Source of the DNA: Eledone cirrhosa
Taxonomy: Eukaryota
NCBI GenBank assembly: GCA_964016885.1
Contig: OZ024749.1
Coordinates: 32,860,001 to 32,924,000, forward strand
Length of the DNA: 64,000 nucleotides
Reading direction: 5' to 3'
Made by a program: the position numbers and the translations under genes. The notes under the pieces were generated by a model. The model did not search any database and was not told the DNA's origin. It saw only the letters and a program-made list of their open reading frames with translations. Position 1 is the stretch's first letter, and each line of letters starts with the position of its first letter. Of this stretch, positions 13,012 to 26,186 are shown in pieces.

Positions 13012-13581
13012 GTAAGTGTGAAAAAATTATTTCAATCTTTCGTTATTTAACCCATAAAATATATGACTTTTTAGATAAATATATATTGAAGAGAAATGCA
13101 AATTATATATCATCTGTATATATATATGGAGATAATGGTTTTAAAAAATCTACTGTCATCTCATATTATTACATATATACACAATTATTTGTATCTAATG
13201 TTTTGAGTATAGTATAGAGTTTCTTACATAAAACTATGATGGAAGGTTTTCGATAAATATAAACACTTTAGCGATACTTTCTCATTAGCACTTGTTTGTT
13301 CTGTAATCTTTAATATTTTCTCGAAATATGTATGATACCCATTTTCATGTTATGGATTAGCGATGAATTTAATTAAAAATCCTATAAATAGATTAGGAGA
13401 ATCAAGTCATTTATCATTAAAATCCGTTCCCTATTAGACAAGGCGAGGTAAATGACGATTAACAGTGTATGTGATTTTTAACAATCGATGTCTATATCTA
13501 TTATATATATATATAAATATAATACGTTGGTCTTTTTTCTCCATTTCATCTCTGTGTGTTTGACATTTTTTATTATATATA

Positions 13582-15064
<1,483 letters not shown>

Positions 15065-15148
15065 TATATATATAATGTGATGTTTAACAATCTCTATCCA
15101 TCAATCTATCATGTATATATGGAGTGATGGTTAACTATCTCTATCCAT

Positions 15149-15224
<76 letters not shown>

Positions 15225-15974
15225 GATTAAAGATACTTATTGCACCAAAGAAATATATATAAGGGATTTTTTTATTAGGGATTGTAAAGGAAGAACTACC
15301 GTTGTCATTAATATTGCATTGATAGGGCATCGAACAAAATAACGTGCAGTATTTGCTCTGGCTCTTTGAGTTTTGAGTTCAAATCTCACCTTTGTCAACT
15401 TCACCTTTCATCCTCCTAGGTCGATAAAATAATGTACCAGTCGGTACTTGATCAACTTTACTCTCTCTTCTTGTGCCTATTTTAGAAACTATTAATACTG
15501 TATTGTGTAGTATTTAAGGAAAAAACAATTGTATCTTTTAGAATTTGTATAAATAATTGCCAAATATTTTTTGCAATTTTCAAATATAAACAATCTTGCT
15601 TTTTTTTTTATGTTTTTTTTTTTTTGTGTTGCTAGTTTAATGATTTCAAATATTTAGAGAGTAGTTATTCGTCTGCATAAGCGTTTGTTTCTGAAAAACT
15701 TTATATATGTATCTACACATAACTCTTAGAGGAGTTGTAGTGGCATATGGTGTGTCATTGACATTATAAACTTGGTGGAGCCCATCCCCTCCTTGTATGA
15801 GCACAGCTGATTTCTTCCAGAGAGGAAGTGAGAAAGAGATATAGGAGGAAGAAATGCCCCACCGCCTGGTACTCAACTGGTACTTTTTTTTATTGAACTA
15901 AAAGGGATGAACGTCAAAGTTGACCTCGGTGAGATTTAAACACAGAACAGAGTGCTGGAACAATTATTGCAAAG

Positions 15975-16680
15975 AGATGAGATATTTTAGTGTTATGAGA
16001 GCATTGATTGACTTCCTTTTTGTCTAGTCCAACGGATTCAGGCCTGGATAGCTAGAAAGCCATATGTTTGGGGTGACATGATCATGGAAATTGTAACTCC
16101 TCCATTCTTGAGTTGTCTTGGCTTTATGAGATAGTGCAAAATCGTGTGGCCTTCTTTTGCTCACACTCTCTATCCAAGGTCTCACAACCCTCTCCAACAC
16201 CTCCTTATTGTCAGCAACATTAACCCTTAAGCCCCGAGGAAAGAAGCGGAGGAATGAAATCTTGCTAGTTGTTCATGACACTCAGAACCATCACAGTTAC
16301 CAAAAACTTTCTGTGAAGGATCATTGGAATGTCTTTAGGTTCTCTGCATTCCTTCAGTTGACCTTTTGTTCCTGATCAGATTTTTTTCTCATCAAAGAAA
16401 AACCAAAGCATTCCAGCTCTTAACATCTTCAACTTGCTCAACAAGCACTTTATGCAAATCAGATGCTTATTTTTCATCTTTGCAGACACGAATTTGCCTC
16501 TCTGCATAACATGTGACTTGTATAGAAGGTCCTCATACACAATTCTTCTGATAGTGTGCCTTGAAACCTTGAGCTCCTGTGGGTTTATGTTGAACATCTG
16601 CTGTCGTATGTGGACAAATCCGAGGTCGTCTCTATGCAAATTTAAAGAAGGCCTTAGGGTTTGTCTTTGTTTTCTATAAC
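15975..16680 (-). mobile_element. Degraded Tc1/maT-like transposase fragment
   Basis: Minus-strand remnants VSRHTIRRIVYEDL.YKS...FFDEK and a degenerate W..SPDLNPLD motif near 16025-16062. Confidence 0.7.
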
Positions 16681-17524
16681 CCTGGCTTCTCTTCCTGCCC
16701 TCTCCTTTTCATGAGAGAGTTTGAGTTCATTTTCAATCAGCAGAGGAGGGTGTGCCGAGATTATAATAGCTACTCACTGCGGAACCAAATTTTGAGAACC
16801 TGGAACTGGATGGCACAGCAACGTGGAGGGATGGCCATTTGGCCACGCCGAACCCTTCACACAGTGGACTCTCGTTCAGGTATCAGATGCCACATGACAC
16901 CGCTGTGATGAGAAACACATCAGTGACCGTGATGAACACATCTCACAGCATCGGAACCCGGCACTGGATGACACAGTGAAAAGGAAACAAACCACTGGAA
17001 TATAATTTTTTATAAAAAAAAAAAAATGTTATGACTAAAGGGAAGTAAATCTTGATATATACAGCAGAGGACCTGCCTTATTTCTCTCCCTTTGACTGTT
17101 ACACGAATTGGTTTAAAAACTTACAACATAATGACACCAAGTCTTTACTTGGTCACTATACCAGCTAAAATTATCTTCAACAAAATAAATATATAAAAGC
17201 AGACTAAGAAACACCAACATAACAAAATATTGTTAATGAAAAACAAGGAAGAAAGGTTAAAATAAATAACGTGACTTCGTAGGAAACTTAAAAACATAGG
17301 ATGTTGTTTGCGGCAGACGATAGTTACTGCTGTGCATGTGTCATTTGAACAGAAAGAGGTGAGAGAATTCTGGCTGGATACAGTTGGTTTAAATTCTAAA
17401 GGGTTAAAGTTTGAATTTAATTTATCAAGTTTGTGAAATTTTATGAATGTTAGAATGATTTAGAATGATATTTTAATGAAATAAAGTTTGTTCAGCAAAT
17501 TTAATGATATGTTATTTATTTCAG

Positions 17525-17577
17525 ATCGTGCATATCTACGTTTGATTAAAAATGATTTTACTCGGTTGCCATTGGAT
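17525..17577 (+). CDS. MMGT1: MMGT1/EMC5 coding exon 2
   Basis: TTTCAG|(H)RAYLRLIKNDFTRLPLD|GTAAGT. Phase is consistent with exon 1. Confidence 0.92.
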
Positions 17578-17702
17578 GTAAGTAATAATTTCTGTTATGA
17601 ATTAGCAGAATCTCTTTGTCATTTTAAAAACTAAAACATCATATTGGTTAGATTTTACTAGATTTAAAACCAATTTGCTAACATTAGTAAAGAAAAAAAA
17701 AA

Positions 17703-18198
17703 TCATCATCATCACCATACGGCCATTGTTTCATGCTTGCATGGGTTGTACAGGTCCTTCTCAGTACAGCATCTCTCCACTTGTCACATTCCTTTGTCAT
17801 CTTTTCCGTGAAGTTTAGTGATCTGTGATCAGCTCTCACTTCTTCAATCTCAGTCTTCTTTGGTCTTACTCTGCTGCAGCCTCCCTCCACTCAGATTACT
17901 TGGCACTTCTTCACTCAGTGATTATCACCCATGCGTATCACATGTCCATACCAGTGCACACTGTTCCTCCCTCTGTACACTACTTCTGATTCCACTTATA
18001 CCTAGTTTCTCCCTCAGTTCATCCATGCTTGCCTCATTTTTCTCCAGCCTTCACATGTCTTCTGCATTCACTGCCCATGTTTCACTACCTTGCAGCATGG
18101 CACTTCACACACAGGTGTCACACATCTGACCTGTCACTTGTAGGGAGAAACCTTTTATTGTTAGCAGGGGTAGCAGTTTTCTAAACTTCTTCCATCCT
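17703..18198 (-). mobile_element. RTE LINE 3' fragment
   Basis: Reverse-strand homology to the 6080-6600 region, with a (GAT)n tail at the left edge. Confidence 0.8.
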
Positions 18199-18536
18199 GG
18201 CTGGTTTGAACTGAAAGAGGTGAGAAAATTCTGGCCAGATACAGCCGGTTTAAATACTAAAGAGTTAATGGAAGAGTTTTGTCATTTTAGAATCAGAGCA
18301 GCTTTACTCAGGTCATTATCACTGTCTTACTTTCCTCTTCACTTCTCCTTTCATTTCCCATATGATTCTGGATTCAATTATATCCTCATACAAAATTGAC
18401 CTTGTTACAAAGAAACTATTATTGTTTCCATGTTTAACCCTTTAGCATTTAAACCAGCTGTAACTGGGTGCTCATACTGATGTTAAGGAAATGTTTTCAA
18501 AATCTCATAGATTTGATATTATTATGTAAAGTAAAG

Positions 18537-18924
18537 GGCGGTGGATTGGCAGTATCGGTAGAGGGTCGGACGCCATGCTTTGACGCATAGAGTTACGGCC
18601 CTTGCCATTCTGAGTTCAAATCCCGCCGAGGTTAACTTTGCCTTACATCCTTACAGGGGTCGATAAAATAAAAGTACCAGTAATGCACTGGGTAATTGCT
18701 GGCCTTGTGCCAAAAGTAGAAACAATTATGTAAAGTAAAGGGCGGTGAATTGGCAGTATCGGTAGAGAGTTGGACGCCATGCTTTCTAGCATAGTTACGT
18801 CCCTTCACGGTTTGAGTTCAAATCCCGTTGAGGTTAACTTTGCCTTTCATCCTTACAGGGTCGATAAAATAAAGTACCAGTAATGTACTGGGTATTTGCT
18901 GGCCTTGTGCCAAAAGTAGAAATA
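18537..18924 (+). mobile_element. Two head-to-tail family A SINEs inside a piggyBac MITE
   Basis: SINEs at 18537-18724 and 18741-18924 are flanked and separated by three copies of ATTATGTAAA(G/A)TAAAG. Confidence 0.88.
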
Positions 18925-19051
18925 ATTATGTAAAATAAAGCCTTTACCATGAAATATACCGAGTATATATAGAGTAATGTAAATGCTAAAGGGTTAAACC
19001 AGACATTATTTATTCAAAGAGTTTGATTTTTTTCATGTTCTTATTCTTTAG

Positions 19052-19155
19052 ATTTTAGTCCAGTGTCTGATCAGCTTGTTAATCATATGTTATGGGGTTG
19101 TGCATATTGCTGGTGCCTTCAAAGAAATCCAGTCTAGTGCCGAATTAGAAAATAA
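19052..19155 (+). CDS. MMGT1: MMGT1/EMC5 coding exon 3
   Basis: CTTTAG|ILVQCLISLLIICYGVVHIAGAFKEIQSSAELEN(K)|GTAAGT. Confidence 0.92.
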
Positions 19156-19459
19156 GTAAGTATTCAAGTGTTTTACTGATAGTAGCAACCTTTTGTTTAT
19201 TTAAATGTGGCAGAGAGGCAAAAAAACAAAATGAGTTATTCATAACATTGTTACAATTTTTTCTTTCTTTTTTTCCAGTATAGCTATGAGGATTTTAAGG
19301 TCTCAGACATTGGTATTTTCAAACCAAACACCTGGCCCAAATGCTTTAACTCTGTTAAAGGTACCCAAGGGACAGGTGATGGCATATTTACAAGGGAGTA
19401 TTTTATCATGACTCTGGTACTACCTCCTTACAGTACAAACTGGGTGCTTTTTAATGTGA

Positions 19460-20319
19460 CACCAGTTGTCACCAGATGTATATTGATCAGGTCACAACAT
19501 TACAGTTGTCACCAGTTATATATTAATCAAGTCACATTACAGATGTCACCAGATATATATTAATCAAGTCACATTACAGATGTCACCAGATATATATTAA
19601 CCAGATCACATTACAGTTGTCACCAGATATATATTGATCAGGTCACAACATTACAGATATCACCAGATATATATTAACCAGATCACATTACAGTTGTCAC
19701 TTGATATATATTGATCACATCACATTACAGTTGTCACCAGATATATATTAATCAGGTCACATTATAGATGTCACCAGATATATATTAACCAGATCACATT
19801 ACAGTTGTCACCAGATATATATTGATCAGGTCACAACATTACAGATATCACCAGATATATATTAACCAGATCACATTACAGTTGTCACCAGATATATGTT
19901 GATCAAGTCACATTACAGTTGTCACCAGATATATATTGATCAAGTCACATTACAGTTGTCACCAGATGTATATTGATCAGGTCACAACATAACAGTTGTC
20001 ACCAGATATATATTGATCAGGTCACATTACAGTTGTCACCAGATGTATATTGATCAGGTCACAACATTAAAGTTGTCACCAGATATATATTAATCAGATC
20101 ACATAACAGTTGTCACAAGATATATATTGATCAGGTCACATTACAGTTGTCACCAGATGTATATTGATCAGGTCACAACATAACAGTTGTCACCAGATAT
20201 ATATTGATCAGGTCACATTACAGTTGTCACCAGATGTATATTGATCAGGTCACAACATAACAGTTGTCACTAGATATATATTAATTAGATCACATTACAG
20301 TTGTCACCAGATATATATT
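19460..20319. repeat. 37/40-bp tandem array, left part (roughly 22 units)
   Basis: Unit CACATTACAGTTGTCACCAGATATATATT(A/G)ATCA(A/G)GT, with a 3-bp CAA insertion variant. Confidence 0.95.
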
Positions 20320-20898
20320 TGTAGTAAGACGCCTTACGCCCCCCCGTCGGATAATGGACCAGGCCTAGTTGTCTCCCCCTGGTTGAGAACACTATTTAAG
20401 TAAGCAGCAGTATTACTTTCTCAGACAAGCCACGGAGACAGCAAACAGCAGACGGCCTTTGGACCACGAGATCACACAGATGTCTATACACTGAACTCCT
20501 ATGCCGAAGCCACAAGGATAGTGTTGGCCGAGCACTGGCTCATAACTGATTTCACTTTACTGGTCCCGTCAAATTGGTGACCCAGACGTGGGCGTTACAT
20601 TGGTGACCCACGACAATTGTAATACGTTGCCTTCATTTCAACTGATCATGTCTATATTGGTATGTTATTTCATTTGTAATATAACAAACACATAATAGAC
20701 AAAATATACATCATCCTTATTTACATTGTTGAATAGAACTCTCGTTGTGGTTATTATCTTGTCTACACACACACCCACTCACTTGTTATAATTCTATGGA
20801 GTACCTATCCTCTCACTTACAAAAATGGTAAATAGACGAGGGACTTTCCCTCACGTCTATATTGATAAACTATCCAACAAGGATTCTTCATTACCATA
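20320..20898 (+). repeat. 5' LTR
   Basis: Near-identical to 25642-26186 apart from roughly a dozen substitutions and a few indels, judged by eye. Confidence 0.95.
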
Positions 20899-21555
20899 CT
20901 GGTAACCCCGACTAAAGAATTTTACGCAGCCTTTTATTCATTTGAACTTAAATATTTCACTGTTATTACCACGTTGTCAACCTTTTCACAACTTACAAAA
21001 TACACACAAAAAAAATAGACTGAGAAATAATAATGTGTTTATACGGTATTGACAAAGTATACAAAAAACCAGCCAAAAGTTTTTCCAATATGGCGTTGCT
21101 TTTCTCCTCTGTTTTGCAATTTTCCCGCCAGGACAGGGACATTTTGAATTGCTTGTGTGTGTTCCATATGTCATCAAGAGAAAAACTGTTTTTGTGAACA
21201 TTACTACCCCGCTGGGGATACACATGCCTTACTTTTTTTCTAAGGAATCTTTAGCCACAGGCTACCTATTGTTGATATCCAATGTGGATATATTCTAAAA
21301 CAAACATTTTTTTTTTTCTCTTTTTCTCGGGTTATATGATTTGGCTTGCCCGTTGAAGCAACACAAGGGGACAGACGTTGAAGGAAAAAATTTTTGTTTT
21401 TTAAATATATATATGTACTTTATATATATTTTTGCTATTTCCTAATGTTTTGAATGTCTGTTTCTTTTTGACCTTTGATTTTTTTTTCCATTTTGGGTGT
21501 TTACTTTTCCCTGTACTTGGGAACATTAATTGCTGTTTCTATTAGTCGTTTCACA

Positions 21556-22315
21556 ATGAATACGCCACATTTGCCCGCCTTTAGGGGAAACCCTAAGCTG
21601 TGGTTCGCCCAGCTACAGGCGTATTTTACGGTCTGTAAGACCGAGTATGACCAGCGCCTCGCTGTCTTGATTAGCAGATTCGGTCCAAGACCTAATTACA
21701 GACCCCCCCCCCTCTGACTTAACGTATGATTCTTTAAAAGGCGAGATCTTGAGAAGGAACTGTAAATCGGTAGAGAGTCGTTTTCGGTCATTGATCGAGG
21801 ACGAACGACTAGGTGACAGAACCCCTACCGCTTTTCTCCGGCATTTGCGGGAATTGAGTGATTCCCAAGATCAGGATAGCCCTTTCCTGAAGCAATTGTT
21901 CTTCTCTCGCCTACCTCAAGAGATACAGGCGATCCTAGCCCATATGCTAGAGTTAAACATACTCGACCACATTGCTGTCTCTGCCGACAAAATAGTAGAA
22001 GTGACGAAGAGAGACACTTCGAAGCAAAAGTACGTTGCTTCCTCTTCTCTGCCTCAATCACGCTCATCAGCGAGTGATGAAAAGTTGGTCAAAACTATGG
22101 AAGCCATGACTCGTCAAATGGCGGAGTTGTGCCAGGAACTCAGGTCTTTTGGACGGCAGAGGAGCCGCTCACGATCTTATTCAACTCCTCGCCGCCGTAG
22201 CCATTCCAAATCTTCAAATCCATCATATTGTTATTACCATGACAAATATGGTGACAGAGCCGCCCGTTGTAGGCCTCCTTGTGCTTACATGGGAAACGAC
22301 GACCAGAGTCACTAA
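21556..22315 (+). pseudogene. gag: Gypsy gag, frameshifted near 21680-21720
   Basis: LPAF..NPKLWFAQ N-terminus, LGDRTPTAFLRHLREL, and C-X2-H-X9-C-X3-C ([18 protein letters not shown]). Confidence 0.88.
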
Positions 22316-25300
22316 CGGCGGATAGTGCGCTCTGCGAAACATCATCCAACCGCCACTTTTTTATTGAGGACCTGCTATCAGGTAGAGCCTTTCTGGTTGA
22401 CACAGGTGCAGCTTGTTCAATATGGCCTGTGTGTTGTATGAAGGAGACTCCCCCTGAGTCACCTATTGAGTTGCAGGCAGTAAATTGTTCGCCGATTCGA
22501 ACCTTCGGACAAATCTCGCTACCTTTGCAGTTCCGTAATCTGCGGCGTGAGTTTAAATGGATTTTTACTGTCGCTGCCTTGCCGTATCCGATTCTAGGCG
22601 CAGTTTTTCTCCACCATTTTTCATTGACGGTGGAACTCCGTCGTAAACGCCTAATTGATGACATCACTGGTTTTTCTGTTGTTGGCAAGGCAGCAGGAGT
22701 TCCAACGGTTAGCCCGACCTTTTTTCTTGCTAACACCGGTGATACTTACCATGCGTTGTTGAACTCGTTCCCGCAACTGACTCAGGGAAATTTTCGAGTT
22801 GATGAGCCAACTCATACCACGGAGCACTTCATAACTACAACTGGTTCTCCTGTTTTTTCTCGTCCTCGTCGCTTGCCTCCGGACAAACTCAAAGCAGCAC
22901 GATCAGAGTTTGATCATATGCTGCAGTTGGGGATTATTCGTCCGTCCACGAGCCCGTGGGCGTCCCCATTACACATGGTACCGAAAGCGACTGGCGATTG
23001 GAGACCTACTGGAGATTATCGACGCTTAAATTCAAAAACGGAACCGGACCGTTATCCTATCCCTCATCTGCAAGACTTTGCGTCTTCGTTGCAGGGATGC
23101 AAGGTATTCTCCAAACTAGATTTAATTCGTACGTACCATCAAATTCCTGTCCATAAAAATGACATTCCAATAGTTACGCCATTTGGGTTATTTGAGTTTT
23201 TGACCATGCCGTTCGGATTAAGGAATGCCGCTAGTACATTTCAACGGTTTATGGATGAGGTTACTCGTGGCCTCGATTTCGTCTATACATATATTGACGA
23301 CCTGCTCATTGCTAGTTCTTCTCAAGAACAACATACGCACCATTTAAATCTTCTTTTCCGCCGATTGAAGGCGTATAACGTGCAGATTAATGCACCCAAA
23401 TGTGTTTTTGGTGCTGAGTCACTGACTTCCTTGGGTCACGTCATCGATGCTGACGGTATTCGACCCCGGCCTGAGCGAGTTAAGGTCATAGAGGATTTAC
23501 CTCCACCGACCTCACTACGTCAGTTACGCAAGTTCTTAGGCCTGATCAATTTTTATAGGCGTTTCGTGCCAAATTGTGCGAGATTGCTTTTCTCCCTGAT
23601 GGAAATTTTAAAAAATTGTCGGAAGAAGAATAAAGTCATTTCTTTAACCGAGACTCAACTTGCTGATTTTCAGCACGCCAAAACTGCTTTGGCTAATGCT
23701 TCTTTACTGGCTCACCCGGTACCCGGTGCAAAGCTAACGCTTTGTGTTGATGCATCGGATATCGCTGTGGGCGCAGTGCTACAACAAAACATCAATGGTT
23801 ACCAGCAACCACTGGAGTTTTTTTCAAGAAAAATGAAACCTACTGAGACGCGCTACAGCACCTTTGGAAGGGAGCTTTTAGCCATCTATTTAGCCGTGAA
23901 ACATTTTTCACATATGCTAGAGGGTAGACTATTTACTATCCTCACTGACCATAAACCATTAACTTTTGCGTTGAGAGCGCAGGCTGATAAATACTCACCC
24001 AGTGAGACGAGGCACCTTGATTTCATCTCGCAATATACAAATGATATCCAACACATTCCGGGTTCACTGAATACAGCGGCCAATGCTTTGTCCCACTTAC
24101 CCATGACAGCGATCTCGTCACCCTCTGACATAGATCTGACTCGTTTGGCTGCGGATCAGCCTCCCCTTGAGTCATTGGATGTCACATCGCCTGAGTTTGC
24201 GAATTGCGAGATGAAATACTTGCCTCTGTTGACTGCAGTTGGCCAAATTTTCTGCGACGTCTCTTTGGCCGTGCCTAGGCCCTTCGTTCCAGAGAATCAT
24301 CGTCGGACCGTGTTTCTGGCATTACATAGTTTCTCACATCCAGGATCTTCTGCCACAGTAAAGCTCATATCAGCTAGATTTTTCTGGCCAAATATGAGGC
24401 GTGAAATTGTTGCTTGGTGCCGTTCCTGCGTCGCTTGCCAGAAATCAAAGGTCCATCGACACGTCAAGGCTCCCCTGGATACCTTTACTAACCCAGATGC
24501 ACGTTTTTCGCACATTCACATTGATATAGTGGGACCTTGGCCTGTCAGCGACGGTTATTCTTATCTGCTGACTATAGTTGACCGTTTTTCGAGATGGCCT
24601 GAAGCCATCCCCTTGAAAAACATCACCACTGAGACAACAGCGCGTACTCTTGTGTCTGGATGGATCTCTCGTTATGGAGTTCCATCCACAGTAACTACCG
24701 ACCGTGGACGACAGTTCGAGTCGAGCCTTTTCCTCGAACTGTCAAAATAAATTGGTGCTAAACGCATCAGAACTACGGCGTACCATCCCGCTTCGAATGG
24801 TATGGTGGAGCGTTTTCACCGACAACTGAAGGCCTCCTTAATGGCCTCAATGGACTCGGCGCATTGGAGCGAGTACCTCCCTATTGTGCTATTAGGGATT
24901 CGATCAACGGTGAAGGTCAACTTTGAATTTTCACCGGCCGAAGTACTGTACGGTGCCCCTCTGACGGGCAAATGCTTGCCCCTATCGATTCTTGATGCCC
25001 AAGATCACGCTTCCTACGTGTCCCGTTTGCACTCCTATTTCCAGGATTTGCCGCCAATGGACACTAGGAAACAAACTGTCAAGACTGCTGTCCCGAGAGA
25101 TGTTGCCTCGTGGACGCATGTCTTTGTAAGGAAAGATTCTGTGAAGCCCCCGCTCACACAGCCTTACACTGTACCTTACCGTGTCTTAGCGCGCTCAGCT
25201 AAGCATTTCACTCTAGATATTAAAGGGTCCAGGGAGATAGTTACAATAGACAGGCTTAAGCAGGCACATCTGGACACGGACGCTGTGGTTCCTGATCCAC

Positions 25301-25434
25301 GAACCCCTTCGTATTTGCCTGTTGAGCGAACGCCTGTCCCTACACCACCACCATCGCCACATTACAAGACCACGGCCCGTTCAGGTCGTAGGGTCCACTG
25401 GCCCAAAAAATTTTGCAGCACCGTCTATATTTAG
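22291..25434 (+). pseudogene. pol: Gypsy pol (protease, RT, RNase H, integrase) with one in-frame stop at 24748-24750
   Basis: FLVDTGA, YIDD, DAS...[10 protein letters not shown]...TDHKPL, HHCC and D-D-E (TDRGRQF...NGMVER). The same frame continues after the TAA. Confidence 0.93.
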
Positions 25435-25641
25435 ACTATTGTTAGCTGCACCTTTTTTTTTGCTTCTGTGTTTCTGCTTTTTTTTTATGCATGCATGTTT
25501 TTTAACATTTTTCAAATCCTTATTCTGGATTTAACGATTGGTAGAGCGAATAGCTCCCCCTTGTTGCATTATTCGCCATCTTACTCCACGTGTGAGTAAT
25601 AACATCGATTTTCGATGATTTGAAAATCTGGCAGAGGGTAC

Positions 25642-26186
25642 TGTAGTAAGACGCCTTACGCCCTCCCCTGTCGGATAATGGACCAGGCCTAGTTGTCTCC
25701 CCCTGGTTGAGAACACTATTTAAGTAAGCAGCAGTATTACTTTCTCAGACAAGCCACGGAGACAGCAAACAGCAGACGGCCTTTGTAGCACGAGATCACA
25801 CAGATGTCAATACACTGAACTCCTATGCCGAAGCCACAAGGATAGTGTTGGCCGAGCACTGGCTCATAACTGATTTCACTTTACTGGTCCCGTCACATTG
25901 GTGACCCACGACAATTGTAATACGTTGCCTTCATTTCAACTGATCACGTCTATATTGGTATGTTGTTTCATTTGTAATATAACAAACACATAATAGACAA
26001 AATAAACATCATCCTTATTTACATTGTTGAATAGAACTCTCATTGTGGTTATTATCTTGTCTACACACACTTATTATAACTCTATGGAGTACCTATCCTC
26101 TCACTTACGAAAATGGTAAATAGACGAGGGACTTTCCCTCACGTCTATATTGATAAACTATCCAACAAGGATTCTTCATTACCATA
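25642..26186 (+). repeat. 3' LTR
   Basis: Direct repeat of the 5' LTR, preceded by the purine tract GGCAGAGGG. Confidence 0.95.

Larger units (their letters stand above)
20320..26186 (+). mobile_element. Full-length Ty3/Gypsy LTR retrotransposon, CsRn1 clade, defective
   Basis: LTRs 20320-20898 and 25642-26186 (TGTAGTAA...TTACCATA), TATT 4-bp TSD, tRNA-Trp-type PBS TGGTAACCCCGAC at 20900, PPT near 25630, CHCC gag motif, PR-RT-RH-IN order. Confidence 0.96.

Noticed and set aside
12687-13217. 176-aa ORF as a single-exon gene
   Set aside because: Only 12933-13011 is MMGT1 coding. The remainder is UTR or intron read-through.
16895-16975. Possible intronic C/D snoRNA (two GTGATGA motifs)
   Set aside because: No properly placed CTGA D box or recognisable antisense guide.
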